Assembly: GCF_009914755.1 (NCBI RefSeq) | Contig: NC_060925.1 | Direction: 5' to 3' (one strand) | Origin: the human T2T-CHM13v2.0 reference genome, Homo sapiens | Length of the DNA: 64,000 bases | In this document: positions 19,553-45,894 of the stretch, one piece after another | How the letters are laid out: each line of letters starts with the position of its first letter | Position numbering within the stretch: position 1 is the stretch's first letter | Notes under the pieces: model-generated | What the model saw: the letters and a program-made list of their open reading frames with translations, nothing else | The model's database searches: none | What the model was told of the DNA's origin: nothing | Program-made: the position numbers and the translations under genes

Positions 19553-22319
19553 GGTATGCCAAACTCTTAAGATCCTTGTATAGTGTGAGGAATTCATATT
19601 GCACATTTTGAATACATCTATTCCATGTTAGTATTATTATTCCCATTTTTAGATAGTAAAACTCTTTTTATAGAATGCTTGGAGGGGTTTATCCATTGGT
19701 TGGTGGAAGTATAGCATAGCCGCAGTTACTGTGGTGATGCATCATTAAGCATTTTTGGAACCTAATACAGCCCTAAGGTTAAGAGGAGAAATACAGTATC
19801 TAATATGAACTTTGCCTTCAAGAAGTTTATAAAATTTCTAAAAAGAAAAAAGATATATAGGTGCAGAGACACATGCACTGGAAGGCCCTCTGGAAGAGAC
19901 TGAGCTTATGAAGTTGGTGAGAGTGGCTTGGAGTCCAAGCTCCAGACTTGTGAGTCTACTAGAAGAAGTGCTACAAGCCTGGCTTGTAGGAGGGAAACGA
20001 TAGCAATGATCTGTGCCAAGAGGGGATACATGTGTAACAGAGTTCTAAAACTTTAAGTTCAAGAATTTATTTTCTGAAATAGAAATTATAGTGATAGCTA
20101 ATCCAAGTAGCTACATTTGAGAACACTGAAATGAAATTTATAGGTTTATTTCTTTACTTTTTTGAATACTTAGGTTCTAGACACTGTGCTAAATGCCTTA
20201 CACACATTGTTTTCTTCAACACATATAATGTTATGAGTTTTTTGAAGTCTTATTATTTTATAGATCAAGTCTAGATGACTACAAAGCCTGTACTTTTAAG
20301 AAGTTTTAATTTTTCGTGTCTTCATGCATCTTCTCAAGTAATCCATTTCATTAGTGAAGCCAAATTGATTGCTATTCTCTTTTTTGGTAATTCATGTTGT
20401 ACATCCACTCATTGGACAAAGAGACATATAATTGGAATTACTCCAAAAAGCATACTGAAGTTCCAGATTTTGAAAAATGTTTACTGTATTCCCCAGCAAA
20501 CCACATTTTAATATTGAAAGTTCCAATTTAAAAGAAAAAGTCACAAACCACATGAAGCTGAATTGGAGAAAAATACAGTATCAGAGGCATGCCATGAGGT
20601 TTAGGGTACACCTCCCCGTGGCATCACACGCTGCCCAGTATGAGCCAGGCTTCTCAGCACAAACTGACTTATCTTCCATTGCGGAGGAAGGTCTGCATTT
20701 GGAGAAGAAATAGCAAGTCTCCTGATGCTAACCAGATGGGAATGGGTGAGTGCTTAGGTTTCCAGTTTATTTTAATTATGAAATTTTTACAAATTGTAGT
20801 GTGAGTCACTCAGTATTTTCATGTTTGACCTAAGTAAGATGGAAATGTACGAGCATTTTGTTAAAGGTTTTGAATTTCATTTGGGTTTTGGCTCAGTGTT
20901 GCCTGAACCTGCTTCGGGTTTTCCATATCTGCTCTCTGGAATCTTACAAAAGCCAGTGCAGGTACAAGAGCAGGCTGGGAATGAGAAGGCAGCACCTTAG
21001 AGTTCCATAAAGCAAAAGATAATGAGGTATGAAAGGTTAAAAAAAGAAATTTATATCTAATGGGTAGTTTCTAGGTTCTGTCATCTAAGTGTTCGCTTGA
21101 GTATATCTCATGCTTCTTGGAAATGTTTTGATTATACCTGCAGGGATAAAACATGTTCATAGTGATCATCTAATAACAAAATTACATTGGTTGTGGCTGT
21201 TTATCTGTGCCACATGAAGTCTTTGAAAACAGCTCTGTGCTACTGTGTAAAATTAAGTTAAATACTTTGGTTCTTCAAATGACAAGACATTGGATTTGAT
21301 TTATTGCTAAGTCACATTTATATGATCATTTGCAAGTTGTTTAGTCACGTGTTTCAACTGTTCCTTGAGAACAATCATTTTGGCAGGCAGATAATCTGTG
21401 TTTTCACAGATCACAGAACCTGCAAAAACTAGCTTTCCATTCTTCAGTCCCCCTTGAGTCTGTTACTCCCATCATAGGCCTGTGCTCCTGTTTCTTTCGC
21501 TTTGCATTTAAATAGTCATTTCCTCCCCATGAGTATGTGGCCATTAATGCACTTACAGTGCTGTGTTGAGACTAGGGGTTTAGCTGTCTATGGCCAGAGT
21601 TTAGGTAACTGTAGATGTTTAATAAACCTTATTTGAACTGATGTAGAAAAGGTCATTTTGCATGTAACCTAATGAATATTCATAAGAGAGTGGGCAAATC
21701 TATTCCATTTATAAAGTGGGTATTCTCATGGAACAATGGCTCACTAAAGAAAAGGGAATCATTCTGCCATCTACACGTATTACTTAGAAGGTTCTTTTTA
21801 TGGGCTGCATGGTACAATGATATTATATAAAGAAAGGGCATTTTCTCTCAGTGGAACAATGGTTTTTATCAGACAAATAATTTTTCTATAATCATAAAGG
21901 AATTATATATTTGGGAATGATGAGCGTTAGAATAATGGGCAGATTATTTTCCTGCTTTCCGTCTTTTTTTTCTTACTTTAATTGAGCAGTTCATTTTTAC
22001 TTTGTGTTCACTTCTTCAGTGGTTTCTGAACTAATCTATAATATGATTTATGCATTGCACCATGTTCAGGGCAAGTTACGGGATAGTTTCTTGGTCAAAT
22101 AGGAAAGAGTAGAAGTTTTCCACTTTGTGACCCGTGAACCTTTGGTGCAGCATGTGGCCCATTATGTGTGTTGGTAAAGAAAAGTCTTATTGTTGATGCT
22201 TTCAAACTACAAAAAACCAGAGTTGAATAATTGCAGCAGAGACCATGGATCCCCAAAGCCTAAAGTACGTACTGTCGAGCTCTCTCAAGTAAGTTTGCCA
22301 ACCCCTAAGTTACGTTATA

Positions 22320-22560
22320 GAAGTTGAAGCTTTGAATCAGGTGTGAGTTCAAGGTCAGATCTTACCTTATAGCTTGTCAACTGTGTATACTTGAGCAAAT
22401 TCGTTATTAGAAAATTCTCTGAACTTTGATTTTCTTTTCTACAAACCAAGGATAATGCTACCTACCTAATAAGGTTTTCCTGGTGATTAAATGGCATAAA
22501 ATATATTAAGTATTTAATACATTGCTTTGTAAATGGTAAGCACTCTGAAAAGTTTAGCTA
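22320..22560 (+). mobile_element. MIR (other MIR/L2 remnants near 4640-4850, 23230-23380, 24635-24800, 40745-40890, 46880-47070)
   Basis: MIR core-like ttgagcaaatt...ctctgaactttgattttcttttctacaaa...ggataatgctacctacc. Confidence 0.55.
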
Positions 22561-23921
22561 TATACAAAATATATGTATATGTATTTCTGTGTATGTTGGT
22601 ACATTTATTTTTCCTTTGTGTAAGATTGAAAGTTGTTACCTTTATTGTGGTATACTCTGTGATTTACATGTTTATTGTGTTTACATGTTTGTAATTTGTA
22701 ATTTGTTTACAGGTTTATTGTGACTACCAGTTGTATACTCATTATTTCTAACTCTCTGTTAATTTCATGGCCTAAATTTAATCTGGTTAGTTATTTAGGT
22801 TTTTCCCTTGCTGTAAAGAAGTTAACTGTTCAAACATTACCTTAACTTTTTAAAACATGACCCTAATTGTTTCTGGCAAATGGTAGTGGCAAATACTAAA
22901 TTGATTAGATAAGAATACTTTAGTATAGAATATCATTATATTATATTATTCCCTATATTCTTGTGTAATATTTGCAAAATATCTATACACCTTAAAGCCC
23001 TCTATGGTTAAAGTACCCTACCATTTGTAAACCATGAAGATTTCCCTTGAAGATTTTCCCAATATTTAAGCAGTGTCGTCTGCTTTATTTGGCAAATTTT
23101 TTTATCCTCTTAGAAAAAGCCCACTGTGACCCTATATACGGCCTCAAATACATGTTGAATTTTGATTTTCCTCAGGGAACACAGAGGAGAGATTGTGATC
23201 CCCAGGGGTTACCTGGTAGAGGGAGAATATGGAGGCCCAGAAATCAAGGCTGTGCCTCTAGTTAGTGTGTGACCAAGTTGTCAAGTCATTGACTTTCTCT
23301 GGAGCCTCACTTTCTTAATCTGTAAAATGAGTGTGAGACTAAATTACCCTTAAAATTCCTTCTAGTCCTGTGATTTTTAGGGGGAGTGGATGTTCTGTTT
23401 TGTTAGGGCAGATAAAACCTTGAAGATACACATTTTCAGTAAATACGAAGAGCCTAAATGTGAGCCTTTAGCCTGGAATCTGTCAGTCCATAAAGAGTCC
23501 AAAAATGTCTGCTAATCCCTTGAATTTTCTTGGAATGTGGGGAGGGGTATTTGGGGGATTGAAAGGAGGAGGAGGTTATCTTTATTATATCATCCATAAA
23601 ATCCATAGCTCAAGGGAGGTAAAAACAGCACTGTTCCAAATCTGTACAAATCATGAAAGGTAGGATGAATAGATGATACTTCATATCAAAATAGGCCAGC
23701 TAGACCTTTATAGTATAACTTTTTTGAAAGAAATTAGTATGGGACCGGGGATTACATAGCAGATAATAAATATGTATAACATCTTATCTCCAAAAATTGG
23801 TTAAGCTACAATAAAACTTAAGAAAGAAAATTAAATAGATAAATTTTTGAATGTCAGGAAATGACAACTTCTATTTCTATAAAGAGCTCTCCCACTGCCT
23901 ATATATATATTATATATATAA

Positions 23922-26497
<2,576 letters not shown>

Positions 26498-27159
26498 AAT
26501 GTGAATACGGAAGTCTCTGTTTGGTTGCAGCCCTATGTGCTGACACTCAAACAATACCATCTATTCTTACTGGGAAACCTTTCCTGACTCTCTCAGTTAG
26601 AAGTATTGTCTTCTGTATTTCTTTTTGTTGGTTCCTCTATTATTTCATTTTTACTTCCACAGCCTACCATGATATTATCATTATTCATACATGGTTATTC
26701 ATTATATTTATAGCCTCATGAGAATAGTCTATCTTGATTAATTTTTAATTCAACATGTCTTGTTTAATGCCTTGTACAGATGATACACTCAGTAAATATT
26801 AAATGAGCAAATGGATGAATAACAGGATATTAAAATTAGGCAGAAGGCATGTAATTTGGAGGGGCTTGGGCACTGACTATATGTCCTTCTGTCTCGATAT
26901 TTTTTCCTTCTTGAAATATTCATTTCAGATACACTGTCTGGAGTTTAGTTTTCAGTTATTTTTACAAAGCAGTTTTATAGTTGAAAAAGCAGATATAAGG
27001 CAAATCAATCTAGATGTGTAGAGTAATTGGACTGGGTTTGTGGTGTGATGATGGAGGGTTTTGAAGACTTCTTTTAGTTAGTAGAGGATTAATCGGTGAT
27101 CATTAGGGAGAATTAACTTGTTGACAAATTGCAACAGGAGGACTAATTAGAAGATATAT

Positions 27160-27633
27160 TCTTAAGGATTAAGTTTGACTCTGAGTGAAGACACCCCAAA
27201 ATAACAGCTATTCTAGAGGACAGAAGTTTATTTTTTTCACACATATGGACCTGGAAGTGGACATTGCACAGCGTCTGAGACCTGGGCTTCTTTCATATTG
27301 TTGCTTTCCTATGTGTGACCTCCATCCTCCATGTCACCTCAAAATGTCAAGAAGATACTAGCTGCAGCTATCAAGGCGGCATGCCAGCCCAGCCGCCAGA
27401 AAGGAAAGGAGAAAAGAGAAAGGGCAACCTTCCTCCTTTTAAGGATATTTCTGGAAAATAGCACATAATTCTTTAAGTTGTATTCCATTGTCCAGAGTTT
27501 AGTTACACAAATAGTTATAAAGGAGGCTGAGAAATGTTCTTTTTCTTCTGTACAGACATATGCCCAGCTAAAAAATACGCAGTCTATTATTCAAGAGAAA
27601 AGGTAGAATGGATATCAAAGGACAAATTAGCAG
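27160..27633. mobile_element. Old MaLR (MLT1J/K/L-like) solo LTR
   Basis: ccccaaaataacag...aaggaggctgagaaatg...gaatggatat pattern. Confidence 0.55.
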
Positions 27634-27639
27634 TAGGTT

Positions 27640-28310
<671 letters not shown>

Positions 28311-28528
28311 AGAATAAAAAGCAGCAGCACACATTATCCCTTTTTACAATTTGTTTAGTTGCTTGCTTATACTTACCTATCCAAATCAGAAGGGAGTGGA
28401 AATTTTGGCCTATATAGTATTTTGATTCTCTTGGAACTATTTTAAAAGCTTTAGTTGAATGTTATTTATTCTAATATAATGGGTTCTAGAGGTAATAACT
28501 GTTTTGTCACAGTTTTAGTTCACACTAA

Positions 28529-30693
<2,165 letters not shown>

Positions 30694-30804
30694 TATTATT
30701 TATGTTGAAGTAGACTTTGGGTGCTTTGTACCAGGTAGCTTGGATTTTCTCCTGCCAGTGCCTCCTTGTCTTTATTTTTGAATGGTAATCTGTTAGGGTC
30801 ATAG

Positions 30805-31628
<824 letters not shown>

Positions 31629-32897
31629 ATAGAATTCTATTGCAGAGTTGAATTGCATGGAGAGGATTAAAAATATTCAGTTTCTCATTCTTTGTAAGAT
31701 TAATACTTGCAAATCAAGCATTAGTCAGTTAACTAAATGCTTACTATTAGCCATTTTATTTTTATTTAGATATACTAAGAACTGCCTTTTTATTCCTAAA
31801 ATCTTGAATTTTCTAAACTTGCTTTTGATAGTTAAACTATAGTTTTACTAATTTAACCTTAAACTATCTCTAAGAGTTGAACTTTCTATTCAAGGAAAGA
31901 TACCTTTCAGAAGCATTCAATATCTGCTTTTCATAAGATTGACTTGATTAGATGTTAGAAAAAAAGATAAGAGTGCTAAGTACAGTTTCATCTTACCTTT
32001 TAAGGAAATGTGTGTGATTTATAATTTGTAAAAGAGACAGTGATTTATGTTAAAATATTGATTCTCTCCCAAGCTGCTGTTCTTGAGCAGTTCATTTAAT
32101 CCTTCTCAGCTTCACTGTTTCTTGTTTTTAGAAAGGACTGTTGCAGTATTAAATGAGATGATTTATTTAAAGGTAACCGTCACTCAAAAGGCAACATTTG
32201 TTATTAGAAATTTGGGTTTAGAATTGCCCATAAGAGATTTTGGATTAATCTTAAATATTTGTTTCCTTGCTTGATTTCCTCCTCTGCTGTTGCTTTTGCC
32301 TTTCTGTTTTGCTTGCTTTTTATCTCAATTCCTTTCCCTCTCGTTTATCTTTTATCTTGTGAGAAAAGCAATTGTTCACTGATTTGCAAGATCCTGTCCA
32401 GGACCTGACTATCAGCTGCTTTCAGAGTCTAAAGATGAGACAAAAATGAAAACAGACTGGCTGCAATGTCTGATATAATTCCTTTTCGATGTCATCATCT
32501 CAGCCCTGCCTGAAAAAAAAATCCAAGAAGATATGAAAGCCCAAGGAGTAAAGCATTAAACCATGCAAAAATACCAACACCGGAGAGAAAACAAGTATCT
32601 ATGACTCTGTGGGAAGGGTGTGAATGACAGGTGTTGTCAGCTTATTTTGACAGCCTTTGGTAGCTTTTCTGCATCTTTATTAAACTCATCTTAGCTACCA
32701 GTTTTTCAGGACTTAATCTTTTTTTTGTCAGTTTCTTTAGGTGTATGGGATAGATGCTTTCTTTCATTCGGTGGCTTTTCTTTAGAATACACATGGGGTC
32801 TCCTTCACTCTCAGTTGTTTCGGCAAATGCAGAGCTTGATCACAACGTTAGCCGTAAACACCTTTTCAAGGGTCGACTTATTTTAAAAAATAGACTC

Positions 32898-34700
32898 TTA
32901 TGTTGTTTATTTTATTACGGTAAAAAATATATAAAATTTATCATCTTAACCATTTTAAGTGTACAGTTTAGTAGTGTTAAATATATTTAGATTGTTGTAA
33001 ACTAGTTCTCCAAAACTTTATCTTCCCAAACTGAAATTCTTTTTTTAATGTATTTTTTTAATTATTATTATACTTTAAGTTCTAGGGTACATGTGCACAA
33101 CGTGCAGGTTTGTTACATGTGTATACGTGTGCCATGTTGGTGTGCTGCACCTGTTAACTTGTCACTTACATTAGGTATGTCTCCTAATGCTATCCCTCCC
33201 CGCTCCCACCACCCCACGACAGGCCCCCGTGTGTGATGTTCCCCACCCTGTGTCCAAGTGTTCTCATTGTTCAATTCCCACCTATGAGTGAGAACATGCA
33301 ATGCCCAAACTGAAATTCTATACCTATTAAAAAATAACTTCCTGCTTTTAAAAAAAAGTTTTATAAGAACTCCTTTTCCCCCATCCCTAGTACCTGGCAA
33401 CCACCATTACAGTTTCTGTTTCTATTAATTTGACTACTTTAGATGTTTTGTGTAAGTGGAATCATATTGCATTGTGACTTTTTGTGACTGCCTTATTTCA
33501 CATAGCATAATTTTCTCAAAGTTCATTCATGTTGTAGTATGTGACAGGGTTTTCTTCCTTTTGAAGGCTGCGTAGTATTCCATTGTCTGTGTAGACCACT
33601 TTGTGTTTTTTTCTATTCATCTGATGGTTGACCTTTGAGTTGCTTCCACCTCTTGACTATTGTGAATAGTGCTGCTATGAACATGAGTGTGCAAATATTT
33701 CTTCAAGACTTTGCTTTCAATTATTTTAGAGATATACCCAGAAGTAGAATTACTGGATCATATGATATTTCTAATTTTTTTAAGGTATGTCCATACTCTT
33801 CCATAGGGGTTATATACCATTTTACAATCCTACCAACGATGCATAAACGTTCCAGTTTTTTCAAATCCTTGTCTACACTTATTATTTGCTGGTTTTTTGG
33901 TAGTAGCTACACTAGTGGGAGTGAGGTGATACCTCATTGTGATTTTGATTTGCATTTTTCTCATTGATGAAGCTTCTTTTCACATGCTTATTGGCTATTT
34001 GTATACCATGTTTGGAGAAATGTCTGTTTATGTCCTTTGCCCGTTTTTAAATCAGATTATTTGATTTATATTTGGTTGTTTTAGGAGTTCTTTATATATT
34101 CTAGATATTATATACCCTTATCAGATAAATAATTTGCAAATATATTCTCCCATTCTGTGGGTTGCCATTTTACTGTTTTGATTGTGTACTTTGTTTTGTT
34201 TGTTTGAGACACAGCCTCCCTCTGTCGCTCAGGCTGGAGTGCAGTGGTGTGATCTCAGCTCATTGCAACCTCCACCTCCTGGGTTCAAGTGATTCTCGTG
34301 CCTCAGCCGCCTGAGTAGCTGGGACTAGAGGTGCATGCCACCACACCTGGCTAATTTTGGTATTTTTAGTAGAGATGGGGTTTCACCATGTTGGCCGGAC
34401 TGGTCTCGAACTCCTGACCTCAAGTGATCCGCCCGCCTCGGCCTCCCAAAGTGCTGGGATTACAGACATGAGCCACCGTGCCCGGCCCTTGATTGTGTAC
34501 TTTGAACAAATGTTTTAAGTTGTGAAATTTTGATGTGTACCATTTGTCTGTTTGGTTTTTTGTATTTTTTTTTTTGTTTTTTGTTTTTTGTAATCTGTGC
34601 TCTTGGTATCATATCCAAGAAACCATTGCCAAATCCAAAGTTATGAAGCTTGTCATCTATTTTTTCTTCTACAAATTTTATAGTTTGGAGTAATAGACAT
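32898..34700 (-). mobile_element. L1MB-type fragment hosting the L1PA piece and an Alu (34190-34487)
   Basis: Antisense L1 3' UTR and ORF2 end (gtgaatagtgctgctatgaacat...ggagaaatgtct). Confidence 0.8.
33041..33303 (-). mobile_element. 5'-truncated L1PA4/5 3' end
   Basis: Antisense L1PA 3' UTR with 16-bp TSD CCCAAACTGAAATTCT (33025-33040 and 33304-33319). Confidence 0.93.
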
Positions 34701-34709
34701 TTTTTCTCT

Positions 34710-35022
34710 CTTTATTTGACTTTAATTTTTAGAGCAGTATTAGGTTCAATGAAAAAATAAGCAGAAAGTAGAGTTCCCAATGCCTCCCCCACCGACACAC
34801 GGGCAACCTCTCCCACTATCAATATCCTGCACCTGAGTACATCTGTTATATTCGACAAACCTACATTGACACGTCATTATCACCGAGAGTCCATAATTTG
34901 CATTAGAATTCACTCTTGGTATATGTTCTGTACATTTTGACAAATTATAATGACATGTATCTTACCACACAGTATTATACAGAGCAGTTTTACTGCCATG
35001 AAAATCCTTTGTGCTCTTCTAT
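34710..35022 (-). mobile_element. L1MD-type 3' fragment
   Basis: ttttagagcagtattaggttca...cctacattgacacgtcattatcacc motif. Confidence 0.6.
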
Positions 35023-35023
35023 T

Positions 35024-36500
<1,477 letters not shown>

Positions 36501-36524
36501 AGTCTGAGCAAAAATAATTATGTT

Positions 36525-36871
36525 TAGATTGAATCTGTCTTATCTGAAATGCTTGGGACCAGAAGTGTTTCAGATTTTGGATTTTTTCAGATTTGGGAAT
36601 GTTTATGTATACCTAATAAGCTATATGTGGGACCCAAACCTAAACATAAAATTCCTTTATGTTTTATATATGCCTTATACCCAGAGCCTGAGCATAATTT
36701 TATACAATATTTTAAATAAATTTGTGCATGAAACAAAGTTTTGACTGTGACCCGTCACGTGAGGTCAGGTGTGGCTTCATGCGACTGTGACTTCATGTTG
36801 GTGTACAAAAAGTTGCAGATTTTTGAGCATTTCTAATTTTGGATTTTCAGATTAGGAATGCTCAACTTGTA
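36525..36871. mobile_element. Tigger4/MER46 (Zombi) MITE
   Basis: ttatctgaaatgcttgggaccagaagtgtttcagattttgg...ggaatgctcaacttgta inverted ends. Confidence 0.8.
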
Positions 36872-38489
36872 TTAAACAATTTATAATATTGCTGATGTTC
36901 TTTCTCATAATACTATTTTTAAGGGATCTCATGGGATTTTCTGTTGTCTTCATTTAAAAGTTAAATGTTAAAACAATGCTATGTACTGTGTCGCTTTGTG
37001 GCTGTTTCTTAAACTCTCATAGCCTGTTTCCTCATTTGTAAAAGAAATGACAACAATAATTTTTAAAAGTAAGGTTATGTAATTAAAATTGGTTTGCGTG
37101 TTACTTTAAGACACTCTCTATAAGAAATAAGGAAGGGAAGTTTTGGCTGTGAGGGAGCAAACTTCTGGTACATATAACTACTAGGTGTGAGGCATTAAGT
37201 TAAATACTTTACATTCTTTAATTCTATGTTGTGCCATTCCTAGGGCAAGAAAAGTGATTACTTAAAAGAACCAGATGCACAGTTAATTAATTTTCAGGAG
37301 GTCAACAGGTACAGTGTGGCTTCAGGGGAATTTGCAAAATAGATCTTTTTGACTTCACCATGTACCTATTAGTGAAGCTCTTTCTGACTCTAAAGCTTGT
37401 ATACTTTTTTTTCTGATAGGCTGTGGTTCAAAATACCCCAAAGACAGTGTTTTTAATAATGATGAAACATTTGGATTACCCAAAAAAGGTATTCTATCAG
37501 CTTAATCTTAGAATCTATTCTTAAAATTTAATTCCTAGGGGAAGTAAAAGTGTATTAATTAGAAATTTTTATTAATAAATAGCCTGTTTCTTGACCAATT
37601 CAGATAATGACAAATTTGCAAGCTTGTGTTTCTGTAATTTATTGACATATTATGCTGTACCCACTCTGGGCCAGAAACTCTGCCTACACGAGACAGAATT
37701 AGTTTCTTCTCTCATTGAGCTGACAAGAGAGTGGGGCTGCGAGCAATAAATGACTAAAGATGACACAACAAAATACCGTCCAATCTCAGCTGGAATTCTG
37801 CTTCTTCCCTGAAGCTTGTTCTGATGGTTATTGGAAATAATACGTATGTACAGGGCTCTGGGCACACAGCCTGATGGTTTCCTAAGCAGGTATGCAGAGA
37901 GAAGTTCCACGCTATCAGTCACTAAAGGAACCAGGTCAGTTTGGCAAATAACATGTTTTAACCCTTTTTCTGCATTCTACTACAGTTTCCTTTAATTACT
38001 GAAAACTACCATTATTTTTCCTTCTAGGAAATATAATTAAATATTAATGTTGTCAGTGCCACTGCTGATGACCACGATCTGATGTGGTGCGGAGCTCTTG
38101 TTGAGCATTATTGCATGACTGTGAGGTGACCAGGAAGCAAACTTAGCCCAACCCCAGCACATTTCTACTGCACTGTAACCATAGTGAGCTTGCAACTCAC
38201 CACTTTCATAGTGATTAAAGGACTATGTCCTCCTGATAATTAAAATATACAACAAATGATTGTAGAGAGTGTTCCTAAAATTACATTTGGCTTTTCGCAA
38301 TGCTGTTTTCAAAATTAAAGCATGTTTACTGTTTTAAGACTGAGTTAAAAATCTGAGGTAATAATCAGATCGTTTTTTATGAATCTCATATTCAGGCATT
38401 TCTAAGGACTATAAAGGCATTTTGAGCTGGGATAGGGACTTATCTTAGTGTTCTTAGTGTGCATAAGAATTTCATAAAGATCTTTTTTT

Positions 38490-38640
38490 TTTTCTTTTTT
38501 AAATGGTGACTCCTTGGCCCCATCCCCAGAGATTTCGACTTTGTAGATATGACATGGATCCCAGACACCAGCACTTCATACAGGACTACTTCTGGTGATC
38601 CTGGGACCACAGTGGGACATGCTGGTTTAGGCATAGTGGT
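38490..38640. mobile_element. MER5-type hAT fossil
   Basis: ccccatccccagagatttcgact...tctggtgatcctgggaccac pattern. Confidence 0.5.
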
Positions 38641-38899
38641 ACACTTCTGTAGAAAGGCTTCAAAGGACATGTCGAGCAAAACTGATACTGTGAGCCTGAT
38701 AGTTTGAGCATGGGCGCCTATGTGACCACCAATTAGGATGGATAAACTTCCTTGTACTAAACTAATTTCATTTTATGTTTTAAGCCTAAAGGTGGTCATT
38801 GAACTTGAACTTTGTCATTGTAAATTGATCATTTGTCAACTAGGTCTTCTCCATTAGATAATTGCCTCAGAGATACCCCCATCTCTCTCTCTCTCTCTC

Positions 38900-43057
<4,158 letters not shown>

Positions 43058-43782
43058 TGTGCTGTTTCTTCTGATAAGTTACAGTTTCTTTTATATATTT
43101 TTACCTCTTAAATCTAAAAGTACTAACTCAGAGAATTAGAAGTTGGTTAGTGCATAAGAAAAATTAGATTGAGATGTTTATTATACCTGATTTTTTTTAA
43201 GTGGAATTGTTATATTTGATGTATAGAAGAGTGTTTTTAAATGTTTTCTCTGTATTATATTATTCTTTGTTATTTGGAAACAGACCAGATAACTAAATGT
43301 TTCTGAAATTGTATTGAGTCATTATTCCAGTGTGTTGAACATTTGCTATTAAAATACTGGGCAGTGACTTGAATTAAGTTTCTTTCTTGGGAGAAAGGCT
43401 CTGTTACTTAGCAACACCTAATATCCTATGATGATAGGAAAACATACTGTGACAATGGAGAAATGTTATTGACTTTCTTGAACAAGAAAAAGGCATTGAT
43501 GCTTTGATAGAGAATTATGAGCAACTTGGGATTCCTTTCTTCAGATAACATTGTCCTGGGGCTAGACAATCCATGTTTAAAACAAGCATGAGTGTTCAGC
43601 TGCATCAAGAGACTGTTCTCTCTCCAATTATTCTAGTCTGATGTTCATTCAGGGATACTGGAATAAAGCCTGGTGCCAAAAGAAGTAGTTTACTTATCTA
43701 CTCATCTCTGATTTTTATTTAGAAATGGGAGGGCATCTAGGTTATTTGAAAAAAGAACTACAGCCACTTGACTGACACACTG

Positions 43783-44617
<835 letters not shown>

Positions 44618-44930
44618 AAAGTCATTGAAAACAGCTGAGCATAGAGGCACATGCCTGTAGTCCCAGCTATTCAGGAGGCTGAAGCTGGAGGATTGCTTGA
44701 GCCCAGGAGGTTGGGGCTGCAGTGAGCCATGATTATGCCGCTGAACTCTAGCCTGGTCAACAGAATGAGACCCTGTGTCAAAAAAAATAAAAAATAAATA
44801 AAATCAGCAAAAGTCTATATAAAGATGGTTGTTGTTTTTACAAATATTTCCCAGAAATACCAGATGTGGAAGATTCTAGATCATTATAACACTTTTGATA
44901 TTTTGTTGCCAAAAGCTAGTACTTATATAA

Positions 44931-44932
<2 letters not shown>

Positions 44933-44974
<42 letters not shown>
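44933..44974 (+). repeat. (TG)21 microsatellite
   Basis: Direct count. Confidence 0.97.
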
Positions 44975-44975
<1 letters not shown>

Positions 44976-45894
44976 TATGCATTTTCATATAGTAAACAAA
45001 GTATGGGTTCTTTGGTGTTTTTGTTTCTTAATTTTAAGAGAGAACTTCACTGGCTTCAAGTAAAAGAATACTCTTTACTCCACCTCTTTAAAATCATGTA
45101 TTTTCAGTGAAATTGAAATTAGTAAATTTTAAGAAAACCATTCTCTATACATTTTCTTTCCACTTATCCTTTTCTCACCCCATTGGTTGCTGTGGCAACG
45201 ACTCCCAGCAGCCCTTAGAGCAAATGCCAGGCCATGCGGGGTTCCCCGCAGTGGAGCCACATGTCTGATACTGCGCAACAGTTTGTGCTGACTCAGCCAT
45301 GCACAGGAGGAGTGCTACCATTTCTCTCTTAAGTTTTGAATTAAAAACTAAACTGGCATTGCAGTGTCTTGATTTTTTAAAAATGAAAAACCAAGTCAGT
45401 TTCAAAAACCAAATCATTTTTCCCTCTCCCCTTGAAATTCTAGGTTCAGCTTTTGTTGTACTTACTAAAGAGAAGCAATTGTCACAGAGATTACAGGAAA
45501 CCCCAGAGATTTTGGATGGAGGGAGGCAGCCTAGGAGGCTGAGAGGAAGGGAAATCTATTATGCAATCAAAATAGACCTTTTATTTAATCCCGAAGCCTG
45601 ACTGTGGAGACAGAGATAGTGTCCATGTTAGATTAGTCTTGTGAAGGCTGCCTTAAATTTGGTCTCTGTGAACTTTTGTTGACTGTCATCATCAACATGT
45701 TTTTCCTGGAAAGAAATGAGTGCACTGCATGAGAGATTAATCTGTAGTTTACGAACCTAGTGGCCCATGAGAAGCACCTGAGCACCTTGTTACAAAGATT
45801 CCTAAACCTTACCCCAGAAAACCTGGCTCAGAATCTCAGCTAGTGGGTCCCAGTCATGGTTCTGTTTTATAAGCACCAAGGGTGATATTTTAGG

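Noticed and set aside
32553-32604. accATG CAA AAA TAC... as another first exon
   Set aside because: Only a weak phase-2 donor (CAA|GTATCT), and the frame closes at TGA.
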